From NCBI GenBank assembly GCA_965215195.1, contig CBDCDC010000002.1:160001-224000 (forward strand): 64,000 nt of DNA, given 5' to 3'. The notes beneath the pieces were generated by a model, which did not search any database, was not told where the DNA came from, and was given only the letters and a program-made list of their open reading frames with translations. Of this stretch, positions 20,368-30,636 are shown one piece after another (position 1 is the first letter of the stretch; each line of letters opens with the position of its first letter). The translations under genes and the position numbers were made by a program. Source of the DNA: Candidatus Latescibacterota bacterium. Its GTDB lineage: Bacteria; Latescibacterota; UBA2968; UBA8231.

Positions 20368-21644
20368 GCGGCCTCCATGGCGCGGGCCGCGGCCGTGCCT
20401 TGCTCCTCATCGACGAAGTAGAGGCAGGCCCCGCCCGCGACAAAGAGCACCACGATCGACAAAATCCCCACCCGCGGGCTGCCGGTCAGCACCCCAATCC
20501 AGCCCACCAGCACTGGGCCGATGACCGCGGCGAACTTGCCCAACATGTTGTAAAAGCCGAAAAACTCGGCTGCCCGGTCGCGGGGAATGAGCCGCGAGTA
20601 GAGCGAGCGGCTCAGGGCTTGCACCCCACCTTGGACGAGGCCGATGGCCGCGGCCAAGGCGTAAAACTCCCAAACGGCATCTAGAAAGTAGCCCCACACG
20701 GTTGCCGCAATATAGACGGCTAGGCCGATGAAAATCCCCTTGCGGGTGCCGATGCGCTCGCCGAGCCAGCCAAAGGCAATGGCCGCCGGGAAGCCCACGA
20801 ACTGGGTAATGCCCAAGGCGAGGAGCAGGTCGTCGGTGGCAAGGCCCAGCGACAGGCCGTAGTCAATGGCCATGCGGACGATGGTATCGACGCCGTCGAT
20901 GTATAGCCAATAGCCGATGAGGAAGACAAAGGTCGTGCGTAGCTGCCGAATGTCGCGGCCGGTCGCGATGAGCTGCCGATAGCCGGCCGAGATTGTGCTC
21001 CAGCCGCGCTGAGCGCACACCGGCGGCGATTCCTCGACCCACAAAAAGAGCGGCAGGGAAAAGCCGGCCCACCAAACGGCGACTAGCAAAAAGCACACGC
21101 GCACGGCCGCGCTGGCATCGGCCAAGCCAAAGGTCGTGGGGTGGAGGACCATGGCCACATTGAGCGCAAACAGCAAGCCGCCGCCCAGATAGCCGAGGCT
21201 GTATCCGAGCGCCGAAACCGAGTCGGACTTGTCGCGCCCGGCCACTTCCACGAGCAGCGCATCGTAAAAGGTATTGCCCCCGGAGAAGCCAATGGCGGCC
21301 AAGACATAGACCACAACCGCCAGTTCCCACGCGCCTTGGGCGACCCAGTACAGGCACCCGGTGGCGAGGACTCCTAAGAAGGCAAAGGCAAACAGGAACT
21401 TGCGCCGGGTGCCGCCTTGGTCGGCAATAGCCCCCAAGAAGGGGGCCAGCAGCACGACGATCAGGCTGCTGAGCGAGTTGGCCAGTCCGAGGTGGAAGGT
21501 GCTTTCGGTGACGTCGCTGCCGGTGCTCCAGTAGGACTTGAAAAACACCGGGAAGAAGGCGGCTAGGACCGTGGTGGCAAAGGCCGAGTTGGCCCAGTCG
21601 TACAAGGCCCAGGCGACGATTGGTTTCTTGGCGTTGGTAGGCAT
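20364..21644 (-). CDS. MFS transporter (UMF1/Atg22-like)
   Basis: WALYDWANSAF, LGAIAD, QALSRSLYSRLIP, EFFGFYNMLGKFAAVIGP. Confidence 0.93.
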   Translation of the reverse strand: MPTNAKKPIVAWALYDWANSAFATTVLAAFFPVFFKSYWSTGSDVTESTFHLGLANSLSSLIVVLLAPFLGAIADQGGTRRKFLFAFAFLGVLATGCLYWVAQGAWELAVVVYVLAAIGFSGGNTFYDALLVEVAGRDKSDSVSALGYSLGYLGGGLLFALNVAMVLHPTTFGLADASAAVRVCFLLVAVWWAGFSLPLFLWVEESPPVCAQRGWSTISAGYRQLIATGRDIRQLRTTFVFLIGYWLYIDGVDTIVRMAIDYGLSLGLATDDLLLALGITQFVGFPAAIAFGWLGERIGTRKGIFIGLAVYIAATVWGYFLDAVWEFYALAAAIGLVQGGVQALSRSLYSRLIPRDRAAEFFGFYNMLGKFAAVIGPVLVGWIGVLTGSPRVGILSIVVLFVAGGACLYFVDEEQGTAAARAMEAA

Positions 21645-21757
21645 GAAAGGTTTTTCGCTAGAAGCCCCTGTGCAACAGACAGTATAAGGCAAAAGGGAGT
21701 TGGTTGCCGCTGGCGTCCGTTATGGATAGCGTAGGGATCAACGAAGGACAATTTCTT

Positions 21758-22774
21758 ATGAACGATGCATGGCTGCGTTTTGACGCGGCGACTAATCCTT
21801 ATGGCCCGTCGCCCAAGGTTCGGGAGGCCATGGCCGCCTTTGCCCGCACCGGCGATTTCAGTCGCTACGGCGAGGAGCGTGCCGAGTCGCTGCGCGGGGA
21901 TTTGGCGGCCCATTGGGGGCTTTCGCCCGAGCACTTCATAGTGTACAACGGGTCTGGGGAAGCGGTGGTGTGGCTTTTTTTAGCGCGGTTGCTGCTAGAG
22001 CAGCAGCGTTTGCTCATCCCGTCTCCGTCGTACGAGCGCTTTGTCGCATTGGGACAGCGGTGTGCGGCCGCAGTGATCCCGGTGCCCCTGCACGAGGCGG
22101 ATTTCGCGCTGGTGCCCGAGCACTTTATCGAGGCCGGCCGGCGGTCTGGGGCGCGGGTGTTGCTGCTGAGCAGCCCCAACAATCCCACCGGCAATCTCCT
22201 GTGCGGCGACGCGGAAATGGCGCGGTTGCTCGATGAGTTGCCCGACTGCTTGTGCATCGTGGATGAGGCGTATGCAGACTATGCCGGCCATAGCTGGGTG
22301 CCTTGGGTGCAAGCGCGGGAAAACTTGGTGGTGTTGCGGACCTTTTCCAAAGCCTACGGCATGGCTGGTTTGCGGGTCGGTTACGCCATTGGGCCTAAAC
22401 CCGTTATCGCCGCCCTGAGTCAGATGCAGGTTCCTTGGGCGGTCAATGCGCTGTCGCTGGTGGCCGCGCAGGCCGCGCTAGCCGACCAGAGGTATGTGTG
22501 CGAGGTCGTCGCCCAGATCCGCAGCGATTGCGCGGCCCTCTACGAGGGGCTGAACGAGCGGCCGTGGTTGCGGGCCTATCCGAGCGCGGCGAATTTCTTC
22601 TGGGTGCGCTGCGAGGAGATCGGCCCACAGCGGCTGCGGGCGGGTTTGGAAAAGCGGCGGATTCGCGCCCGCTGGCGGCAAGACGCGCCCGGGTTTGTGC
22701 GGCTGACATCGCTGCGCCCCCAAGACAACGAGTATTTGTTGGCAACGCTCGACGAGATCGGGCACACAGACTAA
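21758..22774 (+). CDS. Histidinol-phosphate aminotransferase-like PLP enzyme (class I/II)
   Basis: NPYGPSP, SPNNPTG, VDEAYADY, RTFSKAYGMAGLRVGY. Confidence 0.88.
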   Translation: MNDAWLRFDAATNPYGPSPKVREAMAAFARTGDFSRYGEERAESLRGDLAAHWGLSPEHFIVYNGSGEAVVWLFLARLLLEQQRLLIPSPSYERFVALGQRCAAAVIPVPLHEADFALVPEHFIEAGRRSGARVLLLSSPNNPTGNLLCGDAEMARLLDELPDCLCIVDEAYADYAGHSWVPWVQARENLVVLRTFSKAYGMAGLRVGYAIGPKPVIAALSQMQVPWAVNALSLVAAQAALADQRYVCEVVAQIRSDCAALYEGLNERPWLRAYPSAANFFWVRCEEIGPQRLRAGLEKRRIRARWRQDAPGFVRLTSLRPQDNEYLLATLDEIGHTD

Positions 22775-22789
22775 CGCGAGAGGAGCATT

Positions 22790-23770
22790 ATGGAATACCG
22801 CAATTTGGGCAAGGCCGGCGTCAAGGTGTCCAAGGTGTGCTTGGGCACGGCTTTTCGCGGCCAAGAGGACGAGGGGGTCTGCATTGAGGTGGTGCAGCGG
22901 GCCTTGGATATGGGCTGCAATTTCATCGACACGGCCCTGTATGGTGGGGGACGCTCCGAACAGGTGGTGGGCAAGGCCATCAAGGGGCGGCGCGAGGAAG
23001 TGGTGCTGACCACTAAAATTTTTGGCACCTTGGGCCATAGCCCCAATCACGTGGGGCTGTCGCGGGTCAATCTGCTGCGCGGCATTGAGGCGTCGCTCCA
23101 GCGGCTACAGACCGATTACGTGGATCTGTACTTGCTGCACAGCTTCGATCCGGTCACGCCGCTGGAGGAGACCTTGGGTGCGCTCGACGACATTGTGCGG
23201 CAGGGCAAGGCGCGCTACGTGGGGTGCTCTAACTTTCCGCCGTGGAAGATCGTCGAGGCCCTGTGGATTTCCCAGCGCGAGCGCATGGCCTCCTTTGCCT
23301 GTATCCAGAATCAGTACAATCTGCTCAACCGCTGGGAAATGGAGCCCGAGCTAATGCCCATCTGCCGTCAGTTCGGCTTGGGCATTATGACCTACAGCCC
23401 ACTGGCCATTGGCCTGCTGTCGGGCCGCTTCCGCCGCGGGCAAGCACCGCCCCCGGGGACGCCGTGGAGCACGGGCGAGTTGCGCGGCATGAGTCCGGGT
23501 AAATACAACTTTGCCGCGGCCATGACCGAGCGGGTCGATACCATCGTCCAGACGCTGATCGATATCGGGGCGCAGCACGGCAAGACCCCAGCGCAGGTGG
23601 CCATTGCTTGGATTTTGGATCACCCCGAGATCAGCTCCCCCATTTTGGGGGCCGACGAGCCGGTGCACGTCGAAGAGATCTTCGCCGGTTTGGACTGGTC
23701 CTTGGCAGCGGAAGAGCGGGCTTTGCTGGACGAGGTCTCCGAGGTGAAAGGGCCGCAGAAGTACGCCTGA
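22790..23770 (+). CDS. Aldo/keto reductase
   Basis: MEYRNLGKAGVKVSKVCLG, FIDTALYG, SLQRLQTDYVDLYLLH, YSPLA. Confidence 0.95.
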   Translation: MEYRNLGKAGVKVSKVCLGTAFRGQEDEGVCIEVVQRALDMGCNFIDTALYGGGRSEQVVGKAIKGRREEVVLTTKIFGTLGHSPNHVGLSRVNLLRGIEASLQRLQTDYVDLYLLHSFDPVTPLEETLGALDDIVRQGKARYVGCSNFPPWKIVEALWISQRERMASFACIQNQYNLLNRWEMEPELMPICRQFGLGIMTYSPLAIGLLSGRFRRGQAPPPGTPWSTGELRGMSPGKYNFAAAMTERVDTIVQTLIDIGAQHGKTPAQVAIAWILDHPEISSPILGADEPVHVEEIFAGLDWSLAAEERALLDEVSEVKGPQKYA

Positions 23771-23782
23771 AGGAGGGAACCC

Positions 23783-25354
23783 ATGAACAAACGCAGACTG
23801 CCGATCGGCATTCAGACCTTCTGCAAAATTAGGGAAGACGACTGCTACTACGTCGATAAAACCGCCTACATCCGCCGGCTGCTCGACGAGGGCACGCACT
23901 ACTTCCTGTCGCGTCCACGGCGCTTTGGCAAAAGCCTGTTCTTGGACACGCTCAAGGAGGTGTTCGAGGGCAACGAGCCGCTGTTTGAGGGCCTTTACAT
24001 CCACGACCGCTGGGACTGGTCGGTGCGCCATCCGGTGCTGCGGCTCGACTTCAGCAGCGGCAACTATCAAGGGCCGGACGACTTGCGGAAGGAAGTGACG
24101 GCGCAATTAAACGCCTTGGAGGACGAAGCGGAAGTGGTCCCGCGCGACAGCGAAGCGCCCGCCCGTTTCCGCCACTTGATGAAGGTGCTGCACGAGCGCA
24201 GCGGTCAGCGCGTTGCGGTGCTGGTCGATGAGTACGACAAGCCGATCCTCGATGCCCTAGAAGTGCCGGAAATAGCCCGCGCCAACCGCGACTTTCTGCG
24301 CGGCCTGTATTCGACCGTGAAGTTTGCCGACGCGCACATCCGCTTCACGTTCATCACCGGGGTGAGCAAGTTTTCCAAGGTCAGCCTGTTCTCTGGGCTC
24401 AACAATCTGAAGGACATCACCTTAGACCCGCGTTATTCGGCCCTGTGCGGCTACACCGAGGCGGATCTGGATAGCGTGTTCGCGCCGGAACTGCCCGGCT
24501 TGGACCGGGACCAGATCCGCGACTCGTACAACGGCTACCGTTGGGCTTGGACGAGCGCAGCCGAAACGCTCGGCGACGAGAAGGTGTACAACCCTTTCGA
24601 CATCCTCCTGCTGTTCGACAGCCGCGAGTTCGGTGCCTACTGGTTTGAGACCGGCACCCCTAAGTTCTTGGTTGAAACGCTGTTCAAACGCCGCGTCAGT
24701 TCCTTGGCGCTGGACGAGATGGTCGGCAGCCACGAGCTGCTCTCGACCTTCGACGTCGATGACATTGCCACTGAGGCCCTGCTGTTCCAGACCGGCTACC
24801 TGACCATCACCGACGCCGAGGACCTTGGCAGCGAGCGGCTCTATCGCTTGGGCTATCCCAACCGGGAGGTGCGCCAGAGCCTCAACCGCAGTCTGCTGCG
24901 CTACTTGGTGCGCGATGCGACGCGGCAGATGGCCAACAGCGTGCGGCTCTACCGGCTGCTCGAAGCCAACGATTTCGCCGGGCTGGAGACACTGTTCCAC
25001 GCTTTCTTCGCCAGCATTCCCTACGAATGGTATACGAACAATGACATCGCCCATTACGAGGGCTACTACGCCAGCGTGTTCTACTCCTATTTCGCCGGGC
25101 TGGGGCTGGACATTGCGGTGGAGGATAGCAGCAGCCACGGCCGCTTGGACATGGCGGTTCTGTTCAACGGCCGCGTCTATCTGTTCGAGTTCAAGGTGGT
25201 CGAGCTGGCGTCAGCGGGTGCGGCGATGGCGCAGTTGCAGGAGCGGCGGTATGCGGACAAATATCGCGCCTTGGGGCAGCCGATTTACCTGATCGCCGTG
25301 GAGTTCAGCAAGGATGAGCGCAATGTTGCGGCGTTTGACGTGGAGCGGGCGTGA
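23783..25354 (+). CDS. AAA-ATPase-like protein with C-terminal PD-(D/E)xK (PDDEXK_9-type) nuclease
   Basis: LPIGIQTF, YYVDKT, SRPRRFGKSL, LVDEYDKP, YWFETGTP, GRLDM..FEFKV. Confidence 0.93.
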   Translation: MNKRRLPIGIQTFCKIREDDCYYVDKTAYIRRLLDEGTHYFLSRPRRFGKSLFLDTLKEVFEGNEPLFEGLYIHDRWDWSVRHPVLRLDFSSGNYQGPDDLRKEVTAQLNALEDEAEVVPRDSEAPARFRHLMKVLHERSGQRVAVLVDEYDKPILDALEVPEIARANRDFLRGLYSTVKFADAHIRFTFITGVSKFSKVSLFSGLNNLKDITLDPRYSALCGYTEADLDSVFAPELPGLDRDQIRDSYNGYRWAWTSAAETLGDEKVYNPFDILLLFDSREFGAYWFETGTPKFLVETLFKRRVSSLALDEMVGSHELLSTFDVDDIATEALLFQTGYLTITDAEDLGSERLYRLGYPNREVRQSLNRSLLRYLVRDATRQMANSVRLYRLLEANDFAGLETLFHAFFASIPYEWYTNNDIAHYEGYYASVFYSYFAGLGLDIAVEDSSSHGRLDMAVLFNGRVYLFEFKVVELASAGAAMAQLQERRYADKYRALGQPIYLIAVEFSKDERNVAAFDVERA

Positions 25355-25393
25355 CAGGCGAAGGATGCCTGACGCACCCGCTGAACCAATGAG

Positions 25394-26344
25394 GTGAATA
25401 TGCTAGACGAACTGTGCAAAATCCGCTATGCTCGCTTCCGCTTGGACATGGCCGCGGTCAGCCGGTTGAAGCTCCCGCCCTACAAGGGATCGACCTTTAG
25501 GGGGGCCTTTGGCCATACCTTCAAGCGGCTGGTTTGCGTCAAGCGGGATATGGACTGTTCTACTTGCCTGATCTGCAACCAGTGCGTGTACTACTACGTT
25601 TTTGAGACCCCGTTCAGTGGCGCGGGGGATGGCCGCGGCTATGCCTTTGCGCCGCATCCTTTTGTAGTTGAACCGCCCGAGGAGACGCGGGAAATCTACG
25701 AGCCGGGGGCCGAGCTGCGGGTCGGACTAGTTTTGGTGGGGCGGGCGCTGGACTACCTGCCCTACTTCATCTACGCGTTTGAGGAAATGGGGCAGCGCGG
25801 GTTGGGGGTCGGGCGCGGCCAAGCTGCTTTGCAGCGGGTAATCGCCCTCGGTCCCGAGCGCGGCGACGAAAGATGCGTGTATCAGGCGGATACTGGACAA
25901 CTGGAGCCGGACTATCCGGTCTGCGTTGGTCCGCCCGGCGGCGCGGCGGTTGGAACGCGGCTGCGGCTGCGGCTGCACACGCCTATCCGTCTCAAGGCCG
26001 AGGGGCGCTATATCCGCCGCCTCGACTTTGCTCCCTTGGTGCGGGCCTTGTTGCGGCGCACTTCGGACTTGGCCCGCTTCCACTGCGGGGCCGAGTTGGC
26101 CTTGGACTATCGGCAGTGGATTGAGCGGGCTGCCGAGGTGCGGCAGGTAGCGGCTGCGGTGCGCTGGCACGACTGGGAGCGGTATTCGCAGCGGCAGGAA
26201 CAGAAGATGAAGTTGGGCGGGTTGGTGGGCGAAGTGGAGTTTGCTGGCGAGTGGGAGCCATTCCTGCCGCTGTTGCGGTTGGGGGCGGATTTGCACGTGG
26301 GCAAGGGGACGGGTTTTGGGCTGGGACGCTATGAGATTTTGTGA
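25394..26344 (+). CDS. cas6: CRISPR pre-crRNA endoribonuclease Cas6
   Basis: YKGSTFRGAFG, CxxC-xxxxC cluster, PHPFVVEPP, C-terminal G-loop HVGKGTGFGLGRY. Confidence 0.93.
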   Translation: MNMLDELCKIRYARFRLDMAAVSRLKLPPYKGSTFRGAFGHTFKRLVCVKRDMDCSTCLICNQCVYYYVFETPFSGAGDGRGYAFAPHPFVVEPPEETREIYEPGAELRVGLVLVGRALDYLPYFIYAFEEMGQRGLGVGRGQAALQRVIALGPERGDERCVYQADTGQLEPDYPVCVGPPGGAAVGTRLRLRLHTPIRLKAEGRYIRRLDFAPLVRALLRRTSDLARFHCGAELALDYRQWIERAAEVRQVAAAVRWHDWERYSQRQEQKMKLGGLVGEVEFAGEWEPFLPLLRLGADLHVGKGTGFGLGRYEIL

Positions 26345-26522
26345 GGGAGAAGGATGACGACATGCCATAAGCTTTAGGGACGATTTGGCTGCATTGGTTG
26401 CTGCACTCGCTACTGTGGAGATCCATGTGACGCCTGAGATTAAATAACCGCGCTAAAGAAAAAGCCGCCGAGTGGTTTGGTAGTTAATGGACAGTTCGTT
26501 ATATTGTTGATCAATTTAGGAA

Positions 26523-26617
26523 CGACGCTTCGCGCTCATCGACCCGACCGCCGTTCCCAAGCCGAGCAGGGCCGCGAGCCGTTTGTGCAAGGCGAGCACC
26601 ATTGGCTTGACCTATAG
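26523..26617 (+). pseudogene. 3' remnant of a CARF-like gene (copy 1)
   Basis: RRFALID/frameshift/RRSQAEQGREPFVQGEHHWLDL*; homologous to 43740..43829. Confidence 0.6.
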
Positions 26618-26720
26618 GTTTGTGATCCATATTTTGCAGGACAGGAAAGGAACTTTAACATCATGGCCGAACAATCTAAAGCAGCTCCGATGACCAAAGC
26701 CCAGTTCAAGGATAATCGCA

Positions 26721-27617
26721 ATGACCAAGACAAAGTTGAAACTTGAAACCGTGACGCCGATGTTTCTCCATGGTGAGAATCGTACAGAACTCGAACTTCG
26801 GCCACCGCCTTTCAAAGCCCTATTTCGCTATTGGTGGCGAACCGTGCAGGATTGCGATGAAAACTCGCTTAGGGAGGCCGAGGCAAAGCAGGATTGCGAT
26901 GAAAACTCGCTTAGGGAGGCCGAGGCAAAGTTGTTTGGTAGTACAAAAGGTAAAGCACCATTCTCAATTCGTATTTCAGGAACAACGAATCTGGCAAATA
27001 CCAAATGTAAACCGTTGCCACATCGGACTGATAATCGTGGTTTTAAGAGAGATGCTTACAAAGGGGGACAATCATTTGACCTGCATCTAATTACAAATAC
27101 AAAGAACAGTTCAGATGCTTCGACTTATGAACAGATTGCGAAACTCGGTTTTTTGCTCGGCGGCGTCGGCAATCGCTCGCGGCGCGGGTTCGGGTCAATT
27201 CGTGAAAAAGGTTGGAATTTCCCAAGCGTTTGCGATCTAAAAAGGGAGATTTTGGATACACTCAATGCTGTCGCATGTGACACGCGGTTTTGGATAAACG
27301 GCCAAATCATTGAATCGACACTCACCAACTTTCCCGGTTACCCTGTCATTCGATGTATCCATTTTGGTAAACCAACAAGTAACGTTGATAGTCTATTGAA
27401 GAAAATTGGTCAGGCGACTCATGATCACAACAGTGATGCTTTGGGTTATGCAAAAGGACAAAAACGGCTGGCTTCGCCAATTCATGTTCGTATTCAGAAA
27501 GTCGGCAATGAATATGTCCCGGTTGTCACGCGACTTCATCTTGTCACGCGACTTCATCACTCAACTTATATCAGACACAGCAAGCAGAGGGACTTTATTT
27601 GTGCCATCATCACGTAG
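26721..27617 (+). CDS. cmr1: Type III-B RAMP Cmr1
   Basis: LETVTPMFLHG, ELRPPPFKALFRYWWR, LGGVGNRSRRGFG, RLASP; two internal tandem duplications. Confidence 0.92.
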   Translation: MTKTKLKLETVTPMFLHGENRTELELRPPPFKALFRYWWRTVQDCDENSLREAEAKQDCDENSLREAEAKLFGSTKGKAPFSIRISGTTNLANTKCKPLPHRTDNRGFKRDAYKGGQSFDLHLITNTKNSSDASTYEQIAKLGFLLGGVGNRSRRGFGSIREKGWNFPSVCDLKREILDTLNAVACDTRFWINGQIIESTLTNFPGYPVIRCIHFGKPTSNVDSLLKKIGQATHDHNSDALGYAKGQKRLASPIHVRIQKVGNEYVPVVTRLHLVTRLHHSTYIRHSKQRDFICAIIT

Positions 27618-27626
27618 GAGGTTCAC

Positions 27627-29471
27627 ATGAGTGACAATCAACCAAAACGCCTCATGCTCATGTTCACAATTGGCCCCGTGCAATCTTTCATTGAAGCGGC
27701 TCGGAAGACGGAGGATTTGTGGATGGGAAGTTACATTCTGTCTTATCTTGTGGCTCATGCAATGGACAAAATTCGAGGCAGCGATGTTGAGCTAATCTAT
27801 CCCGCCATTGGAAGCCAATCGCCCTTTGATTTTTGGAAGCAACAAGATTTCACAACCCCGTCTTTTCCAAATCTTTTTTTGGCAATTGGCAACGACATTG
27901 AGGTTTCTCAACTGGCTCAACGCGCAAAAGACGCTGAAAACAGTGTAAAATCTGAGTTCAAGCGCATGGCAGAATGCGTGATTGATAAGGCATTTGGAAG
28001 GGACAAGTGGCATAGGTCTTATGTTGAGAAAGTAGTTGAGCGACAAATCTCGGATTTTTTTGATATCTATTGGGTGATTACCGAAGAAACAGGTCAAAAT
28101 TATGGGGATTGGTACGCTCATACCGCAGGCAGTCTCGCGGCGATCAAAAACTGTCGGGCATTTGCACCAATCAGTGAGTTTGGACGAAAATGTTCGCTTG
28201 ATGGAACACGCGAGATACTCCATTTAGATCAAAAAGCCTCTGTCCAAGACGCAATGAAATGGTGGCAAGATTTTGCTAAACGAGAACCAAAGTATTGCCG
28301 ACAAAAAGAGGCACTCTGTGCTGTCTCATTAACTAAGCGGATGGGCAGGCATTTTCTTGAGACTCAATCGAGATTCAAGGACAACTTTTCACCTGACAAA
28401 CTTCTGACCTTTCCATCCACATCGGAGGTGGCGACAGCGGACTTCAAGGAACAATTCCAAAGCAACATCCAAGCCTGGTGTGTTTACGGACAGTTCTTTG
28501 ACGAAGTCAGAAAATTGAAGGCATCAATTCCAATTATTCGGCCATTGCCAAAAATCAAGAATTTGCAGAAGAACATCGATGGCGAATGGCTGTACGAAGA
28601 GACTTGGAGCGAGCCCTATCTCAGACGTTACTACAACATTGATTCAGAAAAAGAGAAGAATCAAATTGAAAATTGTAAGCGATTGCGTGGGAAACTTGTC
28701 CGATTGCTCGGCGAACCGGGCCGATACTATGCCGCCATTGCGCTTGATGCTGATAATATGGGCGAAAAAAATAGAGAGGCTAAAAACAAGGAAGAACATG
28801 AAGGACGCAGCAAGCAACTGATTCGATACACAAAAGATGCGCGTCAGATCATTGAACAAGAGTATCTCGGGAAGTTGACGTATGCGGGCGGCGACGACCT
28901 CTTAGCACTCGCAAATCTCAAAGAGCTCTTACCCATGTTGAAAGGATTGCGAAAAAAATTTCCCGGTTTCACGACCGCTTCAGCCGGTGTGTGCATCGCT
29001 CACAATAAAACTCCGCTCGGCAGTGTGCTTCAGCAGGCACGTCGGATGGAGCGAGCGGCAAAAGAAGGTGGGCGAGATGCGCTTGGCATTGCATTGTTCA
29101 AACACTCTGGCAATATCAGTCAAGCAGTAACAAAGTGGAAATATGAAGGTTTGGATGTGATCGACATCAGCGAGAAATTGGTCAAGCTGTTGCGCGATGA
29201 CGAAATTTCCAAGCGTTTCCTGTACGACTTCCGTGAAACATTTGCCAAACTAGTTGAAGACAGAAAGGACTTTAGAGCACTTGGTCGGCCCCTTATTCAA
29301 ACCGAGTTTAGGCGAATTATGGAACGGGCGCATTCAACCAAAGGAACACAGCCTCCACAAAGCGAAGAAACTATTGATTCACTGACTCAACTTATCCACT
29401 ACATCAGCCCCTTCTCTCACTTTCTCGGGTATTTGGAAGTTGTCAACTTCATTGTGAGGAATCAAAAATGA
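27627..29471 (+). CDS. cas10: Cas10/Cmr2, lacking the HD nuclease domain, cyclase palm intact
   Basis: Begins at FTIGPVQSFIEAARKTEDLWMGSYILSYL; FPSTSEVA; ALDADNMG; YAGGDDLL. Confidence 0.96.
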   Translation: MSDNQPKRLMLMFTIGPVQSFIEAARKTEDLWMGSYILSYLVAHAMDKIRGSDVELIYPAIGSQSPFDFWKQQDFTTPSFPNLFLAIGNDIEVSQLAQRAKDAENSVKSEFKRMAECVIDKAFGRDKWHRSYVEKVVERQISDFFDIYWVITEETGQNYGDWYAHTAGSLAAIKNCRAFAPISEFGRKCSLDGTREILHLDQKASVQDAMKWWQDFAKREPKYCRQKEALCAVSLTKRMGRHFLETQSRFKDNFSPDKLLTFPSTSEVATADFKEQFQSNIQAWCVYGQFFDEVRKLKASIPIIRPLPKIKNLQKNIDGEWLYEETWSEPYLRRYYNIDSEKEKNQIENCKRLRGKLVRLLGEPGRYYAAIALDADNMGEKNREAKNKEEHEGRSKQLIRYTKDARQIIEQEYLGKLTYAGGDDLLALANLKELLPMLKGLRKKFPGFTTASAGVCIAHNKTPLGSVLQQARRMERAAKEGGRDALGIALFKHSGNISQAVTKWKYEGLDVIDISEKLVKLLRDDEISKRFLYDFRETFAKLVEDRKDFRALGRPLIQTEFRRIMERAHSTKGTQPPQSEETIDSLTQLIHYISPFSHFLGYLEVVNFIVRNQK

Positions 29472-30625
29472 AACTTTTTCTTTCACCCAATGATACCTTC
29501 TTTTTTCGCGATGGGAGGCCGTTTACAAAAGGCGAACAGACGGAAGGGCATTCAATTTTTCCACCGCTTCCCTCGACGGTCCTCGGTGCGTTAAGGACTG
29601 CATACATCGCCGAGTTTGGCAACTTGCCGCTTTTCTATTCAGGAGGGATGCAAAAAACGATTGGCACGCCGGCATCACTATGCAATGCGATTCGACTGCG
29701 CGGTGTTTTTTTGGCGAACAATCGAGGCGATCAGTTGGAGATGTTTTTCCCTGTGCCGCGTGACCTGATATACAAGAAGGAGGATAAAAAGCAGAATGAC
29801 AATATCGCACTCCATTTGCTGACACCAGAGGCCAAAAATTTCACATCGAATGGGACAATCAACAACGTACTTGCATGGTCGGCTCCCGATTCCATTGATT
29901 TGGATGCAGATGGCTTGTTACGCATGGGAGCTATCGGACGATACCTGCAAGGAAACGATAGGAACCTGCTACTTACAGATAGGGCAACACTTGTTGAGCG
30001 AGAATCCAAGGTCGGCATCGCCCGAAGTCGAGATACTTTGTCATCCGAGGAGCACATGTTGTATCGTATTGACATGTCCAGATTCAAAAACCGCGATGGA
30101 AATTACGGTTTCGTCGTGGACTACGAATGCTCCAAAAATTTACCACAAAAAGGACTTTTGAAATTAGGTGGTGAAGGCAAAAGCTTTGTCTATCGGGGCA
30201 TCGACCTTAACGTTGAGTCGCTGTCTAGCCATCTTGGGGCGGTCAAAAGCACTATGCAATCAACAGGCAAGTTCAAGCTATATTTCGCAACACCGACCAT
30301 ATTTCAGAAAGGATGGTTGCCTTCATGGTTGGATAGGTTGGACGGAGGTACGCCTTCGGGCGAATATCCAATGGCGAGTAGTTCGCCAATTTCGCTCAAA
30401 TTGATCACTGCTGAGGTTGGTAAACCTGTTACCATTGGTGGATGGGATATGGCAAAAGGCGAGGCAAAACCGACCTATCGTGCTGTGCCCGCTGGCAGTG
30501 TTTACTATTTTGAATTGATGAATAAAAACCGAATTGATGATTTAATCGCCGCTTTCCACTATCAAAACATCAGCGACGAGCGTTCCGAAGAAGGGTTCGG
30601 ACTTGCCCTTCTCGGCGTCGCATAG
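29468..30625 (+). CDS. cmr3: Type III-B Cmr3
   Basis: DTFFFRDGRPF, FPPLPSTVLGALRT, LGGEGK, IGGWD, AVPAGSVYYF, EGFG. Confidence 0.95.
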   Translation: MKLFLSPNDTFFFRDGRPFTKGEQTEGHSIFPPLPSTVLGALRTAYIAEFGNLPLFYSGGMQKTIGTPASLCNAIRLRGVFLANNRGDQLEMFFPVPRDLIYKKEDKKQNDNIALHLLTPEAKNFTSNGTINNVLAWSAPDSIDLDADGLLRMGAIGRYLQGNDRNLLLTDRATLVERESKVGIARSRDTLSSEEHMLYRIDMSRFKNRDGNYGFVVDYECSKNLPQKGLLKLGGEGKSFVYRGIDLNVESLSSHLGAVKSTMQSTGKFKLYFATPTIFQKGWLPSWLDRLDGGTPSGEYPMASSSPISLKLITAEVGKPVTIGGWDMAKGEAKPTYRAVPAGSVYYFELMNKNRIDDLIAAFHYQNISDERSEEGFGLALLGVA

Positions 30626-30636
30626 GGAGGAAAATA

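Noticed and set aside
23783-25354. AAA-PDDEXK gene as a dedicated component of the CRISPR locus
   Set aside because: This is a widespread family often found in multiple copies, with no cOA-sensing domain; adjacency to cas6 alone is weak evidence.
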